Positions 17,180-24,000 of a stretch of DNA of 24,000 nt are shown here, piece after piece. The stretch comes from Candidatus Alectryobacillus merdavium (lineage in GTDB: Bacteria > Bacillota_I > Bacilli_A > RFN20 > CAG-826): contig JADIMN010000100.1 of NCBI GenBank assembly GCA_017694735.1, forward strand, positions 3,335 to 27,334. The letters are read 5' to 3'. Under the pieces are notes generated by a model, which saw only the letters and a program-made list of their open reading frames with translations, was not told the origin of the DNA and made no database searches. Each line of letters opens with the position of its first letter. Position 1 is the stretch's first letter. Position numbers and translations under genes: made by a program.

Positions 17180-18729
17180 TATTTAGCAACTTCGTTAGCT
17201 CTAAATTCACGAATGACGCAAATTTTAGTTTGTCCAGGATATGATGTTTCGTTTTCGATTTTCTCTTTAATTTGTTTAGCAATTTCAAAGGCTTGTAAAT
17301 CGCTAACTTCAGTTGGTGATACAATTACACGAAGTTCTCTACCAGATTGGAAAGCATATGATTGAGAAACTCCATCAATAGAGGATGTAATTTTTTCTAA
17401 ATCCTCAAGTCTTTGAATATATTTTTCTAATGTTTCACTTCTAGCACCAGGTCTTGCAGCAGATAAAGTATCAGCAGCTTGGACTAAAAATGAAATAGCA
17501 TATTTTGGTGGAACTTCATTATGGTGAGATGCAATTGAGTTAACAACAACATCGTTTTCTCCATATTTTTTTGCAAGTTTTACACCTAAATCAACGTGAG
17601 AGCCATCAACTTCAAAATCGATAGATTTGCCAATATCATGGAGTAAACCTGCTCTTTTAGCAAGAGCTTGATTAAAACCTAATTCAGCAGCCATTACTCC
17701 AGCTAAATTTGCAACTTCAACAGAATGTTCAAGAGCGTTTTGACCGTATGAGGTTCTATATCTAAGTCTACCAATAAGTTCGACTAATTCTTTAGGCATT
17801 TTCCCAATACCTAATTTAAAAATCGCTTCTTGGCCAGCTTTAATAATAGAATCATTAACAGTTGCTTTCATTTTTTCAGAAACTTCTTCAATTCTAGCAG
17901 GTTGAATTCTACCATCAGATATTAAAGCCTCAAGTGTCTTTTTAGCAATTTCTCTTCTAATTGGATCAAAACAAGAAACAGTAATTGTTTCTGGAGTATC
18001 ATCAATTAAAATATCTACGCCTAATTTATTTTCTAATGATTTAATATTTCTACCGTCTCTTCCAATAACTCTTCCTTTCATTTCCTCACTTGGAAGTGAA
18101 ATTGAAGAAGTTGTCTTTTCAATTGTTATTTCTTGAGCATATTTATTAATAGCCATGACTAAAATATTTTTAGCTTCATCCTCAGCTTTTTCATGAGCTT
18201 CGTCAATTCTATTTTTTTCGTATTGAGCAATTTCTAGATTAACTTTTTCTTCAACTCTTCTAAAAATTTCTTCTTTTGCCTCGTTTTGAGACATACCAGC
18301 TACTTTCTCTAATTCTGAAATTATACTATTTGTTTTTTCTTCAAGAATCTTTTCTTTCTTATGATAATTTTCAATTTGATTATTTAATTGTGCTTGTTTT
18401 GCATCTAAATTGTTTTCTTTAACAATTAAAGCGGCATCTCTTTGATCGATGCTATTTTCTCTTTGTGTTAATTTTGATTGTAAATCATAAATCTCTTGTC
18501 TTTTTTCTTTGTTGCTTTGTTCAAATTCTTTTTTCATTTTAGCAACTACATCAAGTGCATCAAGTTCAGCTTTTTTAACAATTTTTTGGGCTTCAATTTT
18601 AGCATCATCTACTTTTTTAATTATTGTGTTGTGTTTTCTTTTTAAAAATAAATAGATAAATAATGCAGCGGCGCCAATTCCAATGACAAAAGCGACAATT
18701 ATAAGACCAATTCCTAATCCTAAATCCAT
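17179..18729 (-). CDS. rny: Ribonuclease Y
   Basis: 516 aa. N-terminal TM helix, coiled-coil region, KH domain (GRVIGRDGRNIKSLE), and HD domain (HSVEVANLAGVMAAELG...LLHDIGK). AAGGAGGG SD 8 nt upstream. Confidence 0.95.
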   Translation of the reverse strand: MDLGLGIGLIIVAFVIGIGAAALFIYLFLKRKHNTIIKKVDDAKIEAQKIVKKAELDALDVVAKMKKEFEQSNKEKRQEIYDLQSKLTQRENSIDQRDAALIVKENNLDAKQAQLNNQIENYHKKEKILEEKTNSIISELEKVAGMSQNEAKEEIFRRVEEKVNLEIAQYEKNRIDEAHEKAEDEAKNILVMAINKYAQEITIEKTTSSISLPSEEMKGRVIGRDGRNIKSLENKLGVDILIDDTPETITVSCFDPIRREIAKKTLEALISDGRIQPARIEEVSEKMKATVNDSIIKAGQEAIFKLGIGKMPKELVELIGRLRYRTSYGQNALEHSVEVANLAGVMAAELGFNQALAKRAGLLHDIGKSIDFEVDGSHVDLGVKLAKKYGENDVVVNSIASHHNEVPPKYAISFLVQAADTLSAARPGARSETLEKYIQRLEDLEKITSSIDGVSQSYAFQSGRELRVIVSPTEVSDLQAFEIAKQIKEKIENETSYPGQTKICVIREFRANEVAK

Positions 18730-18850
18730 CCTAATATCCCTCCTTTATTTATAATCAAAAAACTTTTAAAAAAATCAAAAATTCAAATATCTATAAATAT
18801 ATATAAAAATTAAAGATTTCTAAGTATTTTTGCAGTATTACTGCATAAAA

Positions 18851-18859
18851 ATTATAACA
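18851..18859 (-). promoter_or_regulatory. Candidate extended -10 promoter (TGTTATAAT) for rny
   Basis: The minus strand reads TGTTATAAT, matching TGnTATAAT exactly, in the 185-nt recA-rny spacer about 120 nt upstream of the rny ATG. A weak -35-like TTTAAT lies 17 nt upstream. Confidence 0.45.
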
Positions 18860-18914
18860 AATTAAAGAGAGATATTAAAGTCTCTATGAAATTAAAAATA
18901 AATTTTAAAAGGGA

Positions 18915-19907
18915 CTAACTTTTGACTTCTCCACTAACAATTATATTTCTTATTTCTTCAAAAATTTCCTTATGATTTTCTAAAAATATCTTAGCGGTTT
19001 CTCTTCCTTGGCCTATTTTATTTCCATTATATTCATACCAAGATCCAGACTTTTTAATTATTCCTAAAGAAGTTCCTAAATCAAGTAATTCTCCTTCTTT
19101 AGAAATTCCTTTTCCATAGATAATGTCAAACTTACATGACTTAAATGGAGAAGCAACTTTATTTTTTACGACCTTACAAACAACAGTATTTCCAATAATA
19201 TCATTATTTTGTTTAATAGCATCTGATTTTCTAATATCTATTCTAATTGATGAATAGAATTTTAATGCTCTACCACCAGTAGTTGTTTCAGGATTTCCAT
19301 AAAATACTCCAATTTTTTCACGCAATTGGTTAATAAAAATAATTGTTGTATTGCTTTTACTTAAAACTCCAGCAATTTTTCTTAATCCTTTTGACATCAA
19401 TCTAGCATGAAGTCCAACTTGATTTTCAACCATTTCGCCTTCTAATTCTGCCTTTGGAACTAATGCTGCAACAGAGTCAACAACAATTAAAGAAAAAACA
19501 CCACTTCTTGCAAGAAGTTCAACAATATCAAGAGCTTGTTCGCCATTATCAGGTTGAGATAAAATTAACTGATTAATTTTAACTCCTAAAGTTTGTGCAT
19601 AAATTGGATCTACGGAATGTTCAGCATCAATAAAAGCACATTTTTCGCCTCTTTTTTGTGCTTCGGCAATTGCAGTCAAAGAAAGGGTTGTTTTTCCACT
19701 GCTCTCTGGTCCAAAAATTTCAATAATTCTGCCTCGAGGATATCCCCCGACTCCAAGAGCTTCATTTAATAAAATTGAACCACTAGAAATCACGTCAATA
19801 TCTGTACTAGGTTTATCGCCTAAACACATAATGCTTCCTTTTCCGTAAGTTTTTTCAACTTCTTTAATAATTTCTTTTAATTTTTCTAAATCTTTTTCGT
19901 TTTCCAT
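18915..19907 (-). CDS. recA: Recombinase RecA
   Basis: Walker [10 protein letters not shown], plus [18 protein letters not shown] and [11 protein letters not shown]. The track ORF begins at 19964, but the conserved RecA N-terminus begins at [27 protein letters not shown] (ATG 19907). AGAGGT lies 6 nt upstream, and this start removes the overlap with cinA. Confidence 0.95.
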   Translation of the reverse strand: MENEKDLEKLKEIIKEVEKTYGKGSIMCLGDKPSTDIDVISSGSILLNEALGVGGYPRGRIIEIFGPESSGKTTLSLTAIAEAQKRGEKCAFIDAEHSVDPIYAQTLGVKINQLILSQPDNGEQALDIVELLARSGVFSLIVVDSVAALVPKAELEGEMVENQVGLHARLMSKGLRKIAGVLSKSNTTIIFINQLREKIGVFYGNPETTTGGRALKFYSSIRIDIRKSDAIKQNNDIIGNTVVCKVVKNKVASPFKSCKFDIIYGKGISKEGELLDLGTSLGIIKKSGSWYEYNGNKIGQGRETAKIFLENHKEIFEEIRNIIVSGEVKS

Positions 19908-19941
19908 ATTTCTACCTCTAATAAATAAGTCGTATGAAAAA

Positions 19942-20421
19942 TTACTTTTTTTCCAAAATTTCAATTAATTTTAAAATTGCTTGTTTAACACAATAATATC
20001 GAATTTTATTTCTACTAAATTTTAATAAGAATTTAAAAGAATATAATTTGTCCTTATATACAACGGAAACAAATGTAAGCCCAACTTCTTTATCTCCTTC
20101 ACAAACAGTTGGTCCAGCATTACCAGTAAAAGAAACACAAATATCTGATTTTAATAAATCTTTGCCTTTAAGAGCCATTTCATCTGCAACTTCTTTTGAG
20201 ACAACTGTTTTATCTTTTATTATATTAGAATCAACCTTAACTAATTCTTCTTTAATTATCGTATTATAAGAAACTATGCTTCCCATAAAATACTTACTAC
20301 TGCCAGGAACACTAGTAATTAATGAAGCAAAAAGCCCTCCAGTAAAAGATTCAACAGAGGAAATTTTTAAATTATTTTTATCTAATAAAGTAAATAACTT
20401 TTTTATATATTTTTTAATCAT
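19942..20421 (-). CDS. CinA C-terminal-domain protein / nicotinamide-nucleotide amidase (PncC-like)
   Basis: 159 aa. [30 protein letters not shown]...K is the CinA/PncC signature. Only the C-terminal domain is present, with no MoCF-type N-domain. It sits between pgsA and recA, as in Bacillus. Confidence 0.85.
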   Translation of the reverse strand: MIKKYIKKLFTLLDKNNLKISSVESFTGGLFASLITSVPGSSKYFMGSIVSYNTIIKEELVKVDSNIIKDKTVVSKEVADEMALKGKDLLKSDICVSFTGNAGPTVCEGDKEVGLTFVSVVYKDKLYSFKFLLKFSRNKIRYYCVKQAILKLIEILEKK

Positions 20422-21064
20422 TTTCTTTTTTATTCAAAAATACTTTTCTATTTTGATATAAATAAATAATCATTGAAAGAATTGAGAAAAATAAAGCTAA
20501 ATAAATTAAAAAGTCAGCAATTCTTAAACCTTTTGGCCATGAAGCATCAAAATAAGAAAAAGGAAATCCATTTAATAAATAAACTGGAATTGCAATCATT
20601 TGAAAAATAGTTTTAAGTTTTCCAAAAACATTTGCAGCAACAACAATATTCTTTTTTGCTGCCATTAATCTCATTCCATCGACAATTAAATCTCTAACAA
20701 CAAATAATATTACTATATAAACGCTAATATTTAATTGAAACTCATGTAATGGAAAACACAAAAATATTAAAGTTGCATTAACAAGCATTTTATCTGCTAT
20801 TGGATCTAAAAACTTTCCTAAATCTGTAATTTGATTATTTTTTCTTGCCAAATATCCATCAAGAGCATCGGTTGAAGCAGCAACTACAAAAACAATAAAA
20901 GCAATTAAATACTCTAAATAAATTGGTGACTCACTAGGACCATAAGCTAATCCATTAAAAGATTCAGGAAAATATTGCATTGTTATTTGGTAAATAAACA
21001 AAAATAAAAACAATACAACAACCAATATAATTCTAGAAAACGTAATCTTTGTTGGTAAATTCAT
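20414..21064 (-). CDS. pgsA: CDP-diacylglycerol--glycerol-3-phosphate 3-phosphatidyltransferase
   Basis: 216 aa, multi-pass hydrophobic protein. It carries the CDP-alcohol phosphatidyltransferase motif DALDGYLARK.....GKFLDPIADK. GAGGAG SD at 21075..21070. Confidence 0.9.
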   Translation of the reverse strand: MNLPTKITFSRIILVVVLFLFLFIYQITMQYFPESFNGLAYGPSESPIYLEYLIAFIVFVVAASTDALDGYLARKNNQITDLGKFLDPIADKMLVNATLIFLCFPLHEFQLNISVYIVILFVVRDLIVDGMRLMAAKKNIVVAANVFGKLKTIFQMIAIPVYLLNGFPFSYFDASWPKGLRIADFLIYLALFFSILSMIIYLYQNRKVFLNKKEND

Positions 21065-21077
21065 AACTACTCCTCTA

Positions 21078-21420
21078 TCCCAATCCTATAAGCCATGTTT
21101 TGTCTGGAATGATTATTTATCTATATACACAAAGTATATACCACTATTAGTTCAATTCCCTTTAGTGATCTCCCCTACCAAAATTTGGGTTTCTCGCTTG
21201 TGGGGTTTACCGCGTTTCACTTTACTATTTCTAATAAAATCGTCTCTGTGGCACCTTAGCTTTCTTTTTTCATAGCATAGCCTTAGATAAAGAAAGGCCG
21301 TTATTAAGAGGCTTAATACCTAGAATTATTTTTTCTTCTAGCACAAACACTACATGCGTCTCAGCAATGTGCGAGCATGGACTTTCCTCTAGCAATAGCC
21401 AGCAATCATTCAGATTGGGA
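21078..21420 (-). ncRNA. rnpB: RNase P RNA, bacterial type B
   Basis: The minus strand contains GAGGAAAGTCCATGCTCGCAC, GGTGCCACAGAGACG, AACGCGGTAAACCCCACAAGCGAGAAACCCAAATTTTGGTAGGGGA and ACAAAACATGGCTTATAG. These are near-identical to conserved blocks of B. subtilis RNase P RNA. The terminal helices close: P1 TCCCAATC(21420..)/GGATTGGGA(..21078) and P2 GAATGATT/AATCATTC. The region is locally GC-richer and has no ORF. Ends are good to about +/-5 nt. Confidence 0.92.
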
Positions 21421-21421
21421 A

Positions 21422-21787
21422 TTATTTAATTTTTTTTGGATCTTGACCAAGTTCAAATAATTTTCTTTCATATAGATTAATTTTCTTAATCATTTCTAAA
21501 GTATTAGCATTGTCAACAAAATCACTATCTTTAATATTTTTATATTTTTCTTTAAATAAATAAAAATCTTTTTCTAGTTTTTTATTTTCATTAGCTAATT
21601 CTTTTGTTTTTTCACTCAACAATTCAACCTGTTTTTCAAGATCATTAATTTTTTTATCTTTTGAATCAATCGTGTCTAATACATCATCAAGAAAAGTATC
21701 AACTTCTAATGGATTGTATCCGTTTTTTGAAGGATTGAATTTAAAATTTAATACATCTTGATAACTTAAAAGCACTTTTTTCTTCAT
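21422..21787 (-). CDS. gpsB: DivIVA-domain cell-cycle protein GpsB-like
   Basis: 121 aa. The N-terminus VLLSYQDVLNFKFNPSKNGYNPLEVDTFLDDV aligns with B. subtilis GpsB [32 protein letters not shown]. A central coiled coil follows. The C-terminal NANTLEMIKKINLYERKLF resembles TNFDILKRLSNLEKHVF. Adjacent to rnpB, as in B. subtilis. Confidence 0.72.
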   Translation of the reverse strand: MKKKVLLSYQDVLNFKFNPSKNGYNPLEVDTFLDDVLDTIDSKDKKINDLEKQVELLSEKTKELANENKKLEKDFYLFKEKYKNIKDSDFVDNANTLEMIKKINLYERKLFELGQDPKKIK

Positions 21788-21848
21788 AAGATACTTAAAA
21801 ATTATATAACAAAAAAATACTTAATTGATAATTCTTTATAACAAATTA

Positions 21849-21857
21849 TGTTATTAT
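21849..21857 (+). promoter_or_regulatory. Candidate extended -10 element (TGTTATTAT) placed for a leaderless exonuclease mRNA
   Basis: TGnTATTAT is one mismatch from TGnTATAAT and ends 7 nt before the ATG at 21865. No Shine-Dalgarno sequence lies between them. Confidence 0.35.
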
Positions 21858-21864
21858 AAAGTGT

Positions 21865-22593
21865 ATGAAAATTTTAATTAACGCTTTAAAAAATAAAAGA
21901 AAACTAATATTCTTCGATTTAGAAGGTACTCAGTTTAGTCAAGAAATAATTGCTATTGCTGCTATTAAAGTAACTTTAGATGCTAAATTTAATATTAAAA
22001 AGATTGATAAAAAGGGTTTCAAACAATATGTTAAGGCAAAAGATGAAGTTGGAACTTTTGTTAGTAAACTCACTCATATAACAGATAGTCAGCTTAAAAA
22101 AGAAGGAATAACTTTTGAAAAAGCAATTAATTTATTTAAATCTTATGTTGGTACAAATCCAGAAGAATATACCTTTATTTGTTATGGAAATTATGATTTA
22201 AGATTATTTTTTAATACTTCTCATAAAAACGATAACTATGGGGAGAATTTTATTAAAATTATTTCAAAAAACTGCTTGGATTTTTCTAATTTTTCTTCAA
22301 CATATATTAAGGATAATAAAGGAAATAAATGTTCGCTTATTGAAAGCATAGTAGCATTAAATGAAACTCCACTAACAAACGAACATGATCCATTAGTAGA
22401 TACTAAAAATTTAATTATTCTATTTAGTGCTTTTTTAAATAAAAAAGAAGAAGTCGCAAGAGAATATAAAAAAGTTTTATTGAATTATGGGAAATATCAA
22501 AAACCAATAATTAATATACTTAAAAAATTAAGCGCAGGACAAAATGTTTCTCCACAAGATTTTGATCAATATATAAACGATACTTTTATTTAG
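21865..22593 (+). CDS. DEDDh-family 3'-5' exonuclease (DnaQ-like fold, KapD/ERI-1-like standalone protein)
   Basis: 242 aa. Exo I FFDLEGT, Exo II YGNYDLRLF, Exo III EHDPLVDTKN (H-x4-D, i.e. the DEDDh subtype). An unassigned tail of about 50 aa follows the exonuclease core. This is the only plus-strand gene in the window. Confidence 0.75.
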   Translation: MKILINALKNKRKLIFFDLEGTQFSQEIIAIAAIKVTLDAKFNIKKIDKKGFKQYVKAKDEVGTFVSKLTHITDSQLKKEGITFEKAINLFKSYVGTNPEEYTFICYGNYDLRLFFNTSHKNDNYGENFIKIISKNCLDFSNFSSTYIKDNKGNKCSLIESIVALNETPLTNEHDPLVDTKNLIILFSAFLNKKEEVAREYKKVLLNYGKYQKPIINILKKLSAGQNVSPQDFDQYINDTFI

Positions 22594-23233
22594 TTTTTTT
22601 ATAAAATTCACAAAGCTTAGATATTTTACATTCATCACATCTAGGTTTTTTTGCTGAACAAATATTTCTTCCAAATAGAATAATTTGATGATGAAGTCTT
22701 ATAAAATCAAAGTTTTTGAAAAAATCTTTTAATTTCTTTTCTACGGTTAAAATATCATCGTTTTCCTCAGCAATTCCTAGTCTTTTTGCAATTCTATTAA
22801 TGTGAGTATCTACAGGAAATTCTTGTTTATTAAATAATTCTACTAAAACGACATTCGCGGTTTTATTTCCGACTCCAGGAAGCTTTACTAATTCATTTTT
22901 ATCGTTTGGAACAATTCCGTTGTAATTATTTAATAAAGCTTTAGATATCTCAATAATGTTTTTACTTTTATTCTTATATAAACCCAAAAACTTTATATGC
23001 TTTTCAATTTCTTTTATATCTGCATTTGCAAGTTTATTTAACGAGTCAAATTTTTTAAATAAAGTCTCAGTTGCCTTATTTACAGAAACATCGGTTGTCT
23101 GAGCGCTGAGCATAACAGCAATTAATAGTTCATAATCTTTATTATAATTCAAAAAACACTTTGGATTAGTAAATAGACTGTCTAAATAATCAACTATTTC
23201 TTTTGCTTTTAATTTATTTATTTCTTCACCCAT
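22586..23233 (-). CDS. nth: Endonuclease III (DNA-(apurinic or apyrimidinic site) lyase)
   Basis: 215 aa. ELLIAVMLSAQTTD, HhH-GPD LPGVGNKTANVVL, catalytic VDTH, and the Fe-S cluster loop CSAKKPRCDECKISKLC. Follows dnaD, as in Bacillus. Confidence 0.95.
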   Translation of the reverse strand: MGEEINKLKAKEIVDYLDSLFTNPKCFLNYNKDYELLIAVMLSAQTTDVSVNKATETLFKKFDSLNKLANADIKEIEKHIKFLGLYKNKSKNIIEISKALLNNYNGIVPNDKNELVKLPGVGNKTANVVLVELFNKQEFPVDTHINRIAKRLGIAEENDDILTVEKKLKDFFKNFDFIRLHHQIILFGRNICSAKKPRCDECKISKLCEFYKKTK

Positions 23234-23871
23234 GGTGTATTGATAATTTTTATAGCTTCTTCAATGTCTTGCTTGCTCATGTTTGTTGTTGAAAAAGAAT
23301 ATCCCTCTTCATCAACATCACGAGAAATTTTTGATTTTCTTAAATTTATTTCTATATTTCTTAAAGTTAGTTTTTTATCTTGTTGTGCTTTTTTAAGAGC
23401 GTATGAAACCTCTTCGCAAGAGTATCCTTCTTTTAGCCAATCATCAATTTTTGCTAATTCTAAAGGAGCTAAATTTCTTTTTAATGCTAAACTAAACATT
23501 TCATATAATTGCTCTACTTTTTTATTATCTTCAGCAGACTTTATGAACTCATTACCTAAAATAGTTTTAGTTAATTCTCTATATAAAATTCTATTTAGAT
23601 TTTCTAATGATGTTTGAAGTTTATTTTCATCTTTATCAACTGAAGCAAAAGTTAAGTAATTTTTTTCTACTAAAGAACACATTATTTCATCAATTTCGTC
23701 AGAAGATAAATTCATTTTTAAAGATAATAAATCAGCGGTAATCAATTCATTACCATTATTAAGTAAATTATTAATTAGTAAAAGAACAACGAGTTCTTTC
23801 TCGCTAATTTTTAATCTTTTGTAGTTATTTAATAGTAAACTATTAAAATCAATGCTGCTTAACTTTTTCAT
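23218..23871 (-). CDS. dnaD: DnaD-domain replication initiation / primosome protein
   Basis: 217 aa. LLLNNYKRLKISEKELVVLLLI aligns with B. subtilis DnaD LLLTHYKQLGLNETELILLLKI. LYEMFSLALKRNLAPLELAKIDDWLKEGYSCEEVSYALKKA aligns with LYTIFEEEFARPLSPLECETLAIWQDQ...LIKHALKEA. dnaD-nth synteny is also preserved. Confidence 0.85.
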   Translation of the reverse strand: MKKLSSIDFNSLLLNNYKRLKISEKELVVLLLINNLLNNGNELITADLLSLKMNLSSDEIDEIMCSLVEKNYLTFASVDKDENKLQTSLENLNRILYRELTKTILGNEFIKSAEDNKKVEQLYEMFSLALKRNLAPLELAKIDDWLKEGYSCEEVSYALKKAQQDKKLTLRNIEINLRKSKISRDVDEEGYSFSTTNMSKQDIEEAIKIINTPWVKK

Positions 23872-23891
23872 AGGTTTATATTATATTTATT

Positions 23892-24000
23892 TTATATAAA
23901 TTTTTCCATCTTTTTCAACTCACTTTTAACTTTTTCAGGATTTAATTTTTTAATTAAATCTTGATTTTGTAAAATTACTTTTTCTAAATTAATTTCATAA
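23892..24000 (-). CDS. C-terminal end of an unidentified protein (gene runs off the window end)
   Basis: Manual minus-strand translation gives an open frame ...YEINLEKVILQNQDLIKKLNPEKVKSELKKMEKFI* ending at TAA 23894..23892. There is too little sequence to assign a family. It is called only because the frame is open to the window edge and co-oriented with its neighbours. Confidence 0.35.
   Translation of the reverse strand, partial: YEINLEKVILQNQDLIKKLNPEKVKSELKKMEKFI

Noticed and set aside
18866-18885. AGAGA/TCTCT hairpin after the recA stop, considered as a possible recA terminator
   Set aside because: It has a 5-bp stem, a 10-nt loop and an interrupted T-tract (CTTTAATTT). The predicted stability is negligible.
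19908-19964. N-terminal extensions implied by the longest-ORF calls: rec[20 protein letters not shown], and likewise csp 6481..6501, gltX 4680..4688, DUF951 11451..11456, miaB 16396..16401
   Set aside because: These extensions start at TTG/GTG codons or ATGs without an SD, and they are not part of the conserved family N-termini. Downstream ATGs have properly spaced SD sequences.
19908-19990. Search for a LexA/DinR (Cheo box, GAAC-N4-GTTC) SOS operator upstream of recA
   Set aside because: There is no GAAC...GTTC-type inverted repeat in the 80 nt upstream of the recA start, so no SOS-box claim can be made.
305-23617. All other plus-strand track ORFs: 305..565, 1386..1580, 3041..3244, 3283..3468, 4932..5150, 9405..9629, 9720..9905, 13282..13566, 13600..13791, 16028..16249, 20048..20269, 20276..20461, 23240..23617
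   Set aside because: Each is fully nested antisense within a confidently identified minus-strand gene. None has a ribosome-binding site or recognisable motifs, and their composition is that of antisense frames (F/L/I/S/N-rich).
1-24000. CRISPR arrays, transposases or integrases, tRNA or rRNA genes, toxin-antitoxin pairs, restriction-modification or other defence modules
   Set aside because: Scanning both strands showed no spaced direct repeats and no GC-rich cloverleaf-sized islands other than rnpB. No ORF has nuclease, methylase or recombinase signatures beyond the housekeeping genes listed. The window appears to be ordinary core chromosome.

Overview
Very AT-rich chromosomal segment (roughly a quarter to a third GC by eye) from a low-GC Bacillota / Mollicutes-like bacterium. 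It appears to use the standard code. All conserved proteins read full length with no in-frame TGA, Trp is TGG, and TGA closes several genes in ATGA start/stop overlaps.

I count 26 protein-coding genes, 2 of them truncated by the window edges, plus one RNA gene. 25 of the 26 CDSs are on the minus strand. They are tightly packed, and many are translationally coupled.

Content is almost entirely core housekeeping, arranged in Bacillus-like synteny blocks. In minus-strand transcription order:
- dnaD-nth
- gpsB-rnpB(RNase P RNA)-pgsA-cinA-recA
- rny-ymdB-miaB-ymcA(like)-miaA-tcdA
- fhs-DUF951
- two tandem MacB/FtsX-type fused ABC ATPase-permease genes
- csp-ychF-ispF-gltX-argS-rpoE-fba
- the start of an inositol-monophosphatase-family gene

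The only plus-strand gene is a standalone DEDDh 3'-5' exonuclease.

I see no CRISPR array, transposase, integrase, phage gene, tRNA or rRNA, and no recognisable defence system. The least ordinary pieces are:
- the ABC pair, which has large uncharacterised extracytoplasmic domains
- the RNase P RNA gene, wedged with essentially no spacer between two protein genes
- several Shine-Dalgarno-less, apparently leaderless or near-leaderless gene starts
- a cluster of three tRNA-A37 modification genes
- an isolated ispF

All functional calls rest on my reading of motifs and synteny. No database search was run.
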